Below are positions 44,622-53,697 of a stretch of DNA of 64,000 nt, piece after piece; the stretch's first letter is position 1; each line of letters starts with the position of its first letter. Made by a program: the position numbers and the translations under genes. The stretch covers positions 448,001 through 512,000 of the forward strand of contig JBBRCZ010000001.1 in NCBI GenBank assembly GCA_038204425.1. Direction: 5' to 3'. The stretch comes from Spirochaetia bacterium. Lineage in GTDB: Bacteria; Spirochaetota; Spirochaetia; DSM-27196; Salinispiraceae. The notes beneath the pieces are model-generated. The model made no database searches and had not been told where the DNA came from. It saw only the letters and a list, made by a program, of their open reading frames with translations.

Positions 44622-46016
44622 CTAGTTTCCGATCATACTGCGCGGATCAAGCAAGGTATCAAGTTCTGCTTCACCAATAAGTCCAGTCTCAAGCACCACT
44701 TCTCTAATTTTTCTTTTTTGCTTAAAGGCCTTATACGCCAGTTCGGCCGCCTTATCATAACCAATACGGGCATTCAATGGTGTTACCAGTGCAAGAGACC
44801 AGTCTATCCACCATGCACAACGTTCTTCATCGGCCTTGATGCCATCAATGCAAGTACTTGCAAGCGCTTTACATGCATTCTGAAGCAAGTTTAAACTCTC
44901 AACAACTTCCATGCCAATCAAGGGGTTCATCATGTTGAGTTGTAGCGGCGCATTTTGTCCGCCGATGCTAACAGAAAGCACCTTGCCACTAACATGAGCC
45001 GCCACCTGGATCACCATTTCGGGAATTACAGGATTGACCTTACCTGGCATAATACTTGAACCTGGTTGCAAAGATGGCAGCTCAATTTCTCCCAAGGCAC
45101 CACGTGGGCCAGACGCCAGAAGCCTGAGGTCGTTGGCAATCTTTAACAAACTTACACAAAGTGTGTTGAGGCTGCCCATCAATTGAACCTGAGCATCGCG
45201 AGCAGCAATTTGCTCAAATTTGTCAGGTGCTACTTTGAACGGCAGTGCGCTGGACTTAGCGATACCGGCAACAGTCTTTTGAGCAAAATCAGGATGGCAG
45301 TTGAGGCCAGTTCCTATGGCAGTACCACCGAGTGGCAGTTCCTCCAAGTCGCTGAGGCAAGATTGGATACGCTTTTTTGCTTTTTGAATCTGGACAGCAA
45401 AAGCTCCAAATTCTTGTCCAAGCGTCATCGGGACTGCATCCTGCAAATGGGTTCGACCGAGCTTAATAATTGTAGAAAACTGCTTAGATTTTTCAGTTAA
45501 ACTACTGGCGAGAAGTTCCAGTGCTGCGATCAAGCCTTGGGCAGTTTGGCGGCTAGCAATCTGAACCACACTAGGAATGACATCGTTTGAGCTCTGCCCT
45601 TTATTGACGTGATCGTTGGGATGAACTGGACTTCGACTTCCCAAAGGAGAACCTAGAATCTCATTGGCACGATTGGCAATCACTTCATTGGCGTTCATAT
45701 TACTTGACGTACCTGAGCCAGTTTGAAACACGTCGACAGGAAAATGCTCGTCCCATTTGCCATCGGCAACTTCACTAGCTGCTTGGGCGATGGCATGTGC
45801 TACATCGGGCTTGAGCAGTCCCAAAGCGAGGTTGGCAAGCGCAGCTTCCTTTTTTACCAAGCCAAGAGCGCGTATCATAGCAACAGGAAGTGCTTTGCCT
45901 GAGATGACAAAGTTATCAATGGCTCGTTGGGTTTGTGCACCCCAATAGGCCCAGTCAGGAACCTTCACCAGCCCCATGCTGTCTGGTTCGTCTCGAAATA
46001 CAGCACTCTTTTGCAT
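44622..46016 (-). CDS. fumC: Class II fumarate hydratase
   Basis: YWGAQTQRA, FQTGSGTSSNMNANE, HPNDHVN, GRTHLQDA, GSSIMPGKVNP. Confidence 0.92.
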   Translation of the reverse strand: MQKSAVFRDEPDSMGLVKVPDWAYWGAQTQRAIDNFVISGKALPVAMIRALGLVKKEAALANLALGLLKPDVAHAIAQAASEVADGKWDEHFPVDVFQTGSGTSSNMNANEVIANRANEILGSPLGSRSPVHPNDHVNKGQSSNDVIPSVVQIASRQTAQGLIAALELLASSLTEKSKQFSTIIKLGRTHLQDAVPMTLGQEFGAFAVQIQKAKKRIQSCLSDLEELPLGGTAIGTGLNCHPDFAQKTVAGIAKSSALPFKVAPDKFEQIAARDAQVQLMGSLNTLCVSLLKIANDLRLLASGPRGALGEIELPSLQPGSSIMPGKVNPVIPEMVIQVAAHVSGKVLSVSIGGQNAPLQLNMMNPLIGMEVVESLNLLQNACKALASTCIDGIKADEERCAWWIDWSLALVTPLNARIGYDKAAELAYKAFKQKRKIREVVLETGLIGEAELDTLLDPRSMIGN

Positions 46017-46101
46017 ATACAACCTTCCAATATTAAAAATTTTTAGACTTCTATCTTGGCAGTAAATACCGACCGTACGACATCGGTCAATATATCGTCG
46101 T

Positions 46102-46151
46102 TTTATTTGAAACAACTGACACTGTTTATTCAAAACAACTGACATTGTCAG
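46102..46151. repeat. Tandem 23-bp direct repeat plus palindrome in the fumC/kinase divergent intergenic region
   Basis: TTTATTTGAAACAACTGACACTG (46102-46124) and TTTATTCAAAACAACTGACATTG (46125-46147), 20/23 identical; CTGACA-T-TGTCAG at 46139-46151. Confidence 0.75.
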
Positions 46152-46198
46152 ATTTTTTTGCGTATACTAAAATGACACATAGAGGGAGTAAAATCTGA

Positions 46199-47731
46199 TT
46201 GAAACTTGTTAAAGGCTTAGTTGGAGTACTGGTTTTACTGTGCCTGCTTAGTCTATTTCTTATCAACCATGAAGCAGCTAGAGCCGAAACCAATTTAAAG
46301 TCGTTAAAAATATCCGTACAAAAATTTAGGTCCGATTGGATCCAAAGTTTACTAAGTCTCAAAAACATACTCTTAGCGAATGAGCCGCTTGAGGACTTGA
46401 TTGCACATTGCACCCATAGAAGCCAAGCCTTAACAGACGTAAAATCACAGTTTGATCAACAAGTCGGCTGGTACTATGGCGGCAAAGAGCGCGTTGGGCA
46501 GTACCTCGATATTTTTCGCGAAAGCATCCTCTATGGCAAACAAAAAGTTGATGCTGCGATTACACTGGCGCAAAAACTAATCACTGAAAGTGATCTACCA
46601 AATGAACTTTCTCAAGGACGCAACAGTCTAAGCGAAACCTTAAGACGTCGCGGACTAGATGAACTAGGACCCAAGAGCCAAAGAGCGTTTTGGCTCTTGG
46701 TAAAAGAAATTGACAATTTTAACTTCTTCGATGAAACAAATAATGAAAAAGGGTACGAGCAGCTAATTATGGCCATAGATGAACGAACTCAAAATGAGAA
46801 CATATTCTTTTGGATGTTGCGCGTACTTGCTATATCTATTGGCATTTCCGCAACGTGCAGTTTGCTGTACTTATTTTACAAGAGCAATCAGTCATTACAT
46901 GGCATGGTGAAACAAACCTCCAAGGAGCTGTCTCAAACCCGTGACGTCTTGCAAATCAAGGAAGACCAGCTTTCGGATGCGCGTTATAATAAAGTATTAT
47001 TTGAACTTACAGTGGCCATTTCCAATGAAATAAACACCCCACTAGGAAACTGTATTACTTTGATGAGTTACTTAAGTTACAAACACGAAGACCTCTACCT
47101 TGATTTCCTAAAAAATGAAGTCTCAAAATCCAGCTTGCACGATTTCTTTAAGCTAGGATCGGAGAGTTTTGAAAGACTAAACATCAACCTTCATCGTATG
47201 AGAGATCAGATTAACAGTTTTAAAAAGCTTTCTGCTCATCAAATGCAAATATTAGTACAGGACCTGGATCCTTCACAATATTTTAGCACACTTGCCGAGG
47301 AACTTAGAATAAAGGCTCAGACTCGTGGTGTTAGGTTTTCTGCTAACATGGAATCGGGAATAAGAATTAAAACCTACGGTGAAAACGTTCGTTCAATGTT
47401 GGTCCAGCTTTTTGAGAACAGTATGCAACATGCTTTTCCTGAGGGAAAAAATGGTGAGATCTTTATGCAAGTTTCTATTTCCAAAAAAGGTTTGGAAATT
47501 GAGTTTAGAGATGATGGGCAAGGTGTCCCTCTAGAATCACTTGAGCAGCTCGCGCAGCCTTTTTACACCAGTGCTCGTTTTAAAGGCAACATGGGACTTG
47601 GCCTGTCAATAATTCAATCAATGGCAGTTTACCGACTAAAAGGAAGCTTTAAGGTGCTACGGCTTAACCCAGGTCTTGCCGTCTACCTGAGCATTCCTGC
47701 GGCAAGCAATCAAGAGCCGATCCAGAGCTAA
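46199..47731 (+). CDS. Membrane sensor histidine-kinase-like protein with His->Asn in the H-box
   Basis: Two TMs; VAISNEINTPLG H-box; QLFENSMQHAF, DDGQG, PFYTS, GLGLSI. Confidence 0.85.
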   Translation: MKLVKGLVGVLVLLCLLSLFLINHEAARAETNLKSLKISVQKFRSDWIQSLLSLKNILLANEPLEDLIAHCTHRSQALTDVKSQFDQQVGWYYGGKERVGQYLDIFRESILYGKQKVDAAITLAQKLITESDLPNELSQGRNSLSETLRRRGLDELGPKSQRAFWLLVKEIDNFNFFDETNNEKGYEQLIMAIDERTQNENIFFWMLRVLAISIGISATCSLLYLFYKSNQSLHGMVKQTSKELSQTRDVLQIKEDQLSDARYNKVLFELTVAISNEINTPLGNCITLMSYLSYKHEDLYLDFLKNEVSKSSLHDFFKLGSESFERLNINLHRMRDQINSFKKLSAHQMQILVQDLDPSQYFSTLAEELRIKAQTRGVRFSANMESGIRIKTYGENVRSMLVQLFENSMQHAFPEGKNGEIFMQVSISKKGLEIEFRDDGQGVPLESLEQLAQPFYTSARFKGNMGLGLSIIQSMAVYRLKGSFKVLRLNPGLAVYLSIPAASNQEPIQS

Positions 47732-47858
47732 CAACTTGCAATAAATAACCAATTAGAAACTGAGGAAAAAACCCGATAGTGCAGACAAAGCACCTTGTAA
47801 GCCAAAGCTTTGTCTGGTATCTTAATTGAGATAAGATAGTATTATAGAAGAGAGAAGC

Positions 47859-48671
47859 ATGGATACAAAATCAGACTTGGAAACATTGCAACGACAATCT
47901 CGAGACTTTGACACTGAAACGTTTCTAGCATGGTCGCTAGAACGATTTTCTTCTCATTCGGGCACGAGTCTTTCTTTTGCTACTAGTCTTGGCGCCGAAG
48001 ACCAAGTACTACTTTGGCTCTTGCAGAAAGTCACTGCACAAAATTCTGAAGCTCATATATATCGTAAGAATTTGGAAGTTTTTAGCTTGGATACTGGTCG
48101 ACTACCAGAAGAAACGTACTCCCTACTGCACGAGAATCGTAGCTTTTTTGAGCTTCCCATTGTTCCCTATTTTCCCTTACATCAGGCTGTCGAATCAATG
48201 ATTGCTAAACACGGTGTAAATCTCTTTTATGAATCCATAGAATTACGCAAATCATGTTGCTATGTCAGAAAGGTAGAGCCGCTCAAGAGGGCTTTGCTTG
48301 GCAAAAGCGCCTGGATTACCGGGCAAAGGCGGTCCCAGTCGGTAACAAGAAGCAAACTTGAGCGCATAGAGTGGGACGATGGTAATCAAATGTTTAAACT
48401 CAATCCACTTGCTGATTGGTCGAGCGCCCAAGTCTGGCAACTAATCAGAGAAAAAAAATTACCCTATAACAAGTTACACGACCAAGGCTATCCTAGCCTA
48501 GGCTGCGCTCCGTGCACTCGCGCGGTTACTGCCGGCGAAGACGAACGATCTGGTCGTTGGTGGTGGGAATCTCCGGAAAACAAAGAATGTGGCCTACATA
48601 TTGGCGAGCAAACAAAACCTGCCAAATTTGAAATTACCAAAATCTCAAGTGCCCAACTACTAGAAGAGTAA
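47859..48671 (+). CDS. cysH: Adenylylsulfate/phosphoadenylylsulfate reductase, Fe-S (APS-reductase) type
   Basis: TSLGAEDQV, LDTGRL, SCCYVRK and GCAPCT (CC...CxxC), RSGRW, ECGLH. Confidence 0.93.
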   Translation: MDTKSDLETLQRQSRDFDTETFLAWSLERFSSHSGTSLSFATSLGAEDQVLLWLLQKVTAQNSEAHIYRKNLEVFSLDTGRLPEETYSLLHENRSFFELPIVPYFPLHQAVESMIAKHGVNLFYESIELRKSCCYVRKVEPLKRALLGKSAWITGQRRSQSVTRSKLERIEWDDGNQMFKLNPLADWSSAQVWQLIREKKLPYNKLHDQGYPSLGCAPCTRAVTAGEDERSGRWWWESPENKECGLHIGEQTKPAKFEITKISSAQLLEE

Positions 48672-48699
48672 ACTATCTATAAAAGAATAAAGGAATGGT

Positions 48700-49533
48700 A
48701 TGGATCATCTAGACAAGCTAGAAGCTATTAGCGTTTTTATATTTAGGGAAGCATACCGTAGTTTTAAAAACTTGGCCATGTTGTGGTCAATAGGCAAGGA
48801 CTCTACCGTGCTTTTGTGGTTGGCACGAAAAGCCTTTTTTGGCCATGTTCCACTTCCTTTGGTACACATAGACACTGCCTTTAAGATCCCTGAGATGATC
48901 TGGGGGCAGAACACTAAAGCTTTGGAAAGCAAGCAAACCTTTCCTGATGGTGCAATCAACCGAGCAGCTTGCTGCGGTGCACTCAAAACAGAAGCACTCA
49001 AAAACACCTTGGCTGGTACTTGGACACGCTGGTGCATGGACCACGAAACTGGCCACTATCGTGTGGACAACAATACCAAACCGTATACCGGAGTAATTGT
49101 TGGAGCACGGGCCGACGAAGAAGGTTCGCGTAGCAAGGAACGTTACTTTTCTCCACGCGACAAACACAATGACTGGAATGTCGACGATCAACCTCCAGAA
49201 CTTTGGAACCAATTTAAGACCGATTTTGCCCCCGGGAGCCATGTAAGAATCCATCCCCTATTGGATTGGACTGAGCTCAATATTTGGGAGTATATTCAGA
49301 GAGAAACTATACCAATTGTTGATTTATACTTTGACCGAGGAGAAGGAACTCGTTATCGTTCTCTAGGCTGTTACCCCTGCACTAGCACCGTAAAATCAAA
49401 CGCAAAAAATGTGGAACAAATTATTGAAGAATTGCGCACGGGCAAATTTGCAAACATTGCCGAACGATCTGGCAGGGAACAAGACAAAGAAGGTGGTGGG
49501 CTAGAGCATCCTCGTCGTGGGGGTTACAGGTGA
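48700..49533 (+). CDS. cysD: Sulfate adenylyltransferase subunit 2, apparently with an internal deletion
   Basis: [48 protein letters not shown] runs directly into WGQN. Confidence 0.85.
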   Translation: MDHLDKLEAISVFIFREAYRSFKNLAMLWSIGKDSTVLLWLARKAFFGHVPLPLVHIDTAFKIPEMIWGQNTKALESKQTFPDGAINRAACCGALKTEALKNTLAGTWTRWCMDHETGHYRVDNNTKPYTGVIVGARADEEGSRSKERYFSPRDKHNDWNVDDQPPELWNQFKTDFAPGSHVRIHPLLDWTELNIWEYIQRETIPIVDLYFDRGEGTRYRSLGCYPCTSTVKSNAKNVEQIIEELRTGKFANIAERSGREQDKEGGGLEHPRRGGYR

Positions 49534-49898
49534 GCAAGCCAACACTCAGTTTGCGAGAACAGTTTGATGTGGTAGTTGTGGGACACGTTGACCACGGCAA
49601 ATCCACGGTTATTGGACGCTTACTTGCCGACACTGGTAGTTTGCCCGAAGGCAAACTGGAGGCAGTTAGAGCAACATGTGAACGCAATTCTAAACCCTTT
49701 GAATACGCTTTTTTACTTGATGCACTGGAAAACGAACATCGACCCCATAGAACCATGACCATCAGTATTGGTCAGCATGACCTTAGTCAAGACTCGCTAG
49801 ACCTACAACTGGATGCCAAGCAAGACGACAAAGAACTCGTTAAGCAGATCAGCCAACACCTAGGCGATCATGATGTTTTGGTAGACTATGCACTCTAA
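49530..49898 (+). pseudogene. cysN: Sulfate adenylyltransferase subunit 1 (cysN/cysNC) remnant with a large internal deletion
   Basis: [10 protein letters not shown]1 and [10 protein letters not shown], then unrelated sequence; only 122 aa, no GITID/DxxG/NKxD. Confidence 0.85.
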
Positions 49899-50436
49899 GC
49901 AGGCACGCTTTCTATTGCCAGTAAGTCTAGAAATAGACGGTGCTCATCTCATTTTTGTTGGTGGTGGCAGGGCAATCGAGAGGAAGATTAGCCAAGTACT
50001 GCAACTGATGCCGCAAGATATCGAAGCGTCAATGGTTCCTAGCATAACCATAGTTGCGCCGCAGATTCTAATAGCCATCAAAAATACTCTCCTAGCTGAC
50101 CAAAGAATGACTGGTAACTATAATTTGATTGAACGAGGTTTTAAACCTGACGATCTGGACCAATTACTTGGTCCAGACGTTTACCAACTGGTTTGGGCAA
50201 TGACTAGTGATTCATCGTTAAACCAGAGTATAGGCCAGCTTTGCCGGCACAAGGGTATTTGGTGCAATGCAAGTGGTAACCGTTCGTTTAGGCAAGGAGC
50301 AGTACTCAATCAAGCTGGATTCTTGTTAAACGTTCAAAGTCTAGATGGTGAACACCGTTTAGATGGCGCGCGCCCAGCTGCAGCAGGTGCGCTTCGAGAC
50401 AAAATAAAGGAATTTCTATGTACATGCCCTTTATGA
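49888..50436 (+). CDS. Precorrin-2 dehydrogenase/ferrochelatase (Met8/SirC/CysG-N)-like protein, copy 1
   Basis: LPVSLEI...[35 protein letters not shown]...IWCN. Confidence 0.7.
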   Translation: MHSKQARFLLPVSLEIDGAHLIFVGGGRAIERKISQVLQLMPQDIEASMVPSITIVAPQILIAIKNTLLADQRMTGNYNLIERGFKPDDLDQLLGPDVYQLVWAMTSDSSLNQSIGQLCRHKGIWCNASGNRSFRQGAVLNQAGFLLNVQSLDGEHRLDGARPAAAGALRDKIKEFLCTCPL

Positions 50437-51131
50437 TTCAGATCCGCAAGGCTGTTGTTTTTGCGGGGGAGCGCGGGGAGGGTTTGCAAAAGGTAGAAAA
50501 ACTCTCAATTTATGCCGACCAAGTTCTCGTGATCCCAGAAAAACATTGCGACTACCAGGAGATACTTTTTCCGGCCGGGCCAATAGTTCACGGGACTGAG
50601 ATTTTGGAATTTTCCAGCGCCAAAACAGCAAAAGTGCAGGCAAAAATTGCAAACAAAAACAACTACAAACAAGCCATCAAGGGTGCCGACTTTGTATGTT
50701 CTGATTTGCTTGACCGCAAACTCAACCAAAAAATATTCGCCTACTGCAAAAAGAAAGGTATCCGCTGCAACGTGATTGACACCAAAGATTTGTGCGACAC
50801 TTGGTTTATGAGCTTGATAGACGTACCAGGTATGTTGGTGGGAATTTCCAGCAAAGGCGGATGCGCCTATTACAGTAAACAGTCCCGACAAGAATTGCAT
50901 GAACAAATTCGTGCGCGCGGCCAAATGAGTTTGGCTTTGGTTGAAGTCAAAGAGTTCATAAAACAAGCAAACAATAAAATGGATGGCCCCACGTTGGGCC
51001 TGAGCGTGATCCCTACTCTGGCGAAGGTCTACAACGACCAAACATTTAGAAATTTTATGGCACGCGAGCAAAACCAAGATGCTCTTGAGTATGCCAGAAG
51101 TATAGTTGCTGCCCCCACAGGAGGACAATAA
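50418..51131 (+). CDS. Met8/SirC/CysG-N-like protein, copy 2
   Basis: DRKLNQKI...KGIRCNVIDTKDLCD...VGISSKGG. Confidence 0.65.
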   Translation: MYMPFMIQIRKAVVFAGERGEGLQKVEKLSIYADQVLVIPEKHCDYQEILFPAGPIVHGTEILEFSSAKTAKVQAKIANKNNYKQAIKGADFVCSDLLDRKLNQKIFAYCKKKGIRCNVIDTKDLCDTWFMSLIDVPGMLVGISSKGGCAYYSKQSRQELHEQIRARGQMSLALVEVKEFIKQANNKMDGPTLGLSVIPTLAKVYNDQTFRNFMAREQNQDALEYARSIVAAPTGGQ

Positions 51132-52069
51132 TGGCTAGCTCCCACGAAAATTTGCTAAGTTTGATAGGTGACACCCCATTAGTAAAGATTAGTCGTTGTT
51201 TTGTAGGCACTGCCGCTGCAAACGCTATAATCTGGGGCAAGTTAGAGAGCCTAAACCCTGGCGCAAGCGTTAAAGATAGAATTGCTTTGGCAATGATAGA
51301 GGCCGCCGAAAAAGAAGGACGAATCAAACCTGGCGACACTTTGATTGAACCAACTTCGGGAAATACCGGTATTGGTTTGGCCTGGGTGGGTGCCATAAAA
51401 GGCTACAAAGTCATTTTGACCATGCCTGAGTCTATGAGTATTGAACGTCGAAAGCTTTTACGTGCCTATGGAGCCGACATTGTCTTGACACCTGCGGTAG
51501 CAGGCATGCGCGGTGCCATTGGCAAAGCTGAACTATTGTTGGCAAGCATTAAGGGTTCGTTTATGCCCAGTCAGTTTTCCAATCCAGCCAACCCCGACGT
51601 ACATTACCGAACTACTGGGCCAGAAATTTGGCAGGCACTTGATGGTAAAGTAGACATATTGATAGCGGGAGTCGGAACCGGGGGCACTCTTAGCGGAGCT
51701 GGCCGCTTTCTCAAGGAAAAAAATCCTGCTGTAAAGATTGTCGCTGTAGAACCTGACTCATCGCAAGTGCTTGCGGGTGGCGAGGCCGGACCCCACATGA
51801 TCCAAGGTATTGGAGCTGGCTTTGTGCCGAGCAACTATCATCCAGCAGTTGTTGACGAAGTTATTGCAATAGCTAGCCGTCCAGCAATTGAAATGGCCAA
51901 AAAGGTTGCGCGTACTGACGGCCTTTTGGTCGGCATTAGTGCCGGCGGTAACGTCTTGGCGGCTAGTATGATAGCGTCACGACCAGAGAACAAAGGAAAG
52001 AATATCGTCACTATTTTGTGCGACACCGGTGAGCGCTACGTTTCAACGCTGCTTTTTCATGAAGACTAG
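51131..52069 (+). CDS. cysK: Cysteine synthase A (O-acetylserine sulfhydrylase)
   Basis: KLESLNPGASVKDR PLP lysine, EPTSGNTG, GVGTGGT, HMIQGIG, DTGERY. Confidence 0.95.
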   Translation: MASSHENLLSLIGDTPLVKISRCFVGTAAANAIIWGKLESLNPGASVKDRIALAMIEAAEKEGRIKPGDTLIEPTSGNTGIGLAWVGAIKGYKVILTMPESMSIERRKLLRAYGADIVLTPAVAGMRGAIGKAELLLASIKGSFMPSQFSNPANPDVHYRTTGPEIWQALDGKVDILIAGVGTGGTLSGAGRFLKEKNPAVKIVAVEPDSSQVLAGGEAGPHMIQGIGAGFVPSNYHPAVVDEVIAIASRPAIEMAKKVARTDGLLVGISAGGNVLAASMIASRPENKGKNIVTILCDTGERYVSTLLFHED

Positions 52070-52113
52070 GTACCCGTATCAATTAAAAGCAAGAGCTATA
52101 ACAGGAGTCCAGA

Positions 52114-53697
52114 ATGCAATGGAAAAATGAATTTGCGCGTCGCAGCGAAGAAGAAGAAATAAAAGACCATGGCTTAACCCTGGACTTTGAAGAAATAGCC
52201 CGTCGCGGAACAATGAGCAAAGAAGAGAAGCTAATCGGAAAATGGTATGGTGTCTATGCATCTCGTCATCCCGGTAATCATATGGCACGTATCGTTATCC
52301 CGGGCGGAGTGATGTCGACAACTCAGGCGCGCAACATTGCCAATGTTGCCGAAAATCATGGGCAAGGCAGACTAAACATAACTACTCGTCAGGCTATTCA
52401 GTTTCATTGGCTAAAAGTTGGTGCTTTACCTGATATGTTTCGCGAACTTTCCGAAGAAGGAAATACTACTTTTCACGGTTGCGGTGACGTAGCGCGTGCA
52501 GTGGCGGCCTGTCCTCTGGCAGAAACTTGTGAGTATCGCCGCATCAATGTTAGACCCTGGGCAATACGAACCCAGAAAGCACTCAATGGCTACCGAGATC
52601 TCGACAACTTGCCTCGTAAGTTTAAGGTAACCTTCTCTGGCTGCCAAGCTGGTTGCGCTCAACCGCACATGAACTGTGTCGGTAATATCGCCGTGCAACG
52701 TAAAGCTGCCGATGGTGAAAATCAAGTGGGTTTTGAAGTTGTTATAGGTGGCGGAATGGGTTGGCAAGCCTTTGTGGCTCAAAGGCTATTTAGCTTTGTT
52801 CCAGAAGATCAGATCATTCAAATCAATCGTGCAATTGCCCTACTCTATCGAGACCATGGTGATCGCTATAATCGTCAAAAGTCGCGGCTCAAATTTGTCG
52901 TGGATCGACTCGGAATCGACGAATGCCGCACTATCGTGCTTAAATTCCTCACAGGCGAAGAAGTTGACATTAGTCAGCTTTCCTGGGAAGATTTTAAGGA
53001 GACTGGTCCAGCATTCCCAGAGCGCCCGTTGGCACAAGATGTAAGCATTGGCACTGATGGGAAGGCCGTGGTACGCGCCATGATCAACCTTGGAGAGCTG
53101 GACCATCGCCAGCTTAGAGCACTGGCGGAAATCGCCGATGTCTATGCTGATCAAAAACTGTACACTACCAATCGCCAAAATATTGAGATCCACGGTGTTG
53201 AGCCGCAAAAGGTTGAAGCCGTTCAAATAGCGATTAAGGCGCTTGGCTTTGAAACTGACGGTTTTTACTCGCTTAAAGACATGGTACCCTGTGTAGGTAC
53301 CACTTACTGCCCTAAAGCAGTGGGAACGACCCGTGATGTTTATGATCTACTGCAACCCTTGGTTAGGCAAAAAAAGTATGATGCAATCCAAAAATCAGCC
53401 ATCATCAACATAACAGGATGCCCCAACTCTTGCTCTCCTTATCGAATAAGCGACATTGGCTTTAGAGGCATGCGCATCCGCGAAGATCAAGGATCCGTAG
53501 AAGGCTTTGAAGTACTCTTGGGTGGCGATCAAAAAAAACATGGACAGAAACTTGGCGAGTTTAAGACAAGTGATCTCTACCAAGTGGTTGAGACGGTTCT
53601 TGACACCTTTGTTTCCTTACGCAATGAGAACGAGACCCTGACGCACGCCGTAAATCGCGTGGGAATGGAACCCTTTGAAAAGGCGGTTTTTTCATGA
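52114..53697 (+). CDS. Siroheme-[4Fe-4S] sulfite (nitrite/sulfite family) reductase
   Basis: ITTRQAIQFH, NLPRKFK, TTNRQN, CVGTTYC and TGCPNSC; located in the cys cluster. Confidence 0.88.
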   Translation: MQWKNEFARRSEEEEIKDHGLTLDFEEIARRGTMSKEEKLIGKWYGVYASRHPGNHMARIVIPGGVMSTTQARNIANVAENHGQGRLNITTRQAIQFHWLKVGALPDMFRELSEEGNTTFHGCGDVARAVAACPLAETCEYRRINVRPWAIRTQKALNGYRDLDNLPRKFKVTFSGCQAGCAQPHMNCVGNIAVQRKAADGENQVGFEVVIGGGMGWQAFVAQRLFSFVPEDQIIQINRAIALLYRDHGDRYNRQKSRLKFVVDRLGIDECRTIVLKFLTGEEVDISQLSWEDFKETGPAFPERPLAQDVSIGTDGKAVVRAMINLGELDHRQLRALAEIADVYADQKLYTTNRQNIEIHGVEPQKVEAVQIAIKALGFETDGFYSLKDMVPCVGTTYCPKAVGTTRDVYDLLQPLVRQKKYDAIQKSAIINITGCPNSCSPYRISDIGFRGMRIREDQGSVEGFEVLLGGDQKKHGQKLGEFKTSDLYQVVETVLDTFVSLRNENETLTHAVNRVGMEPFEKAVFS

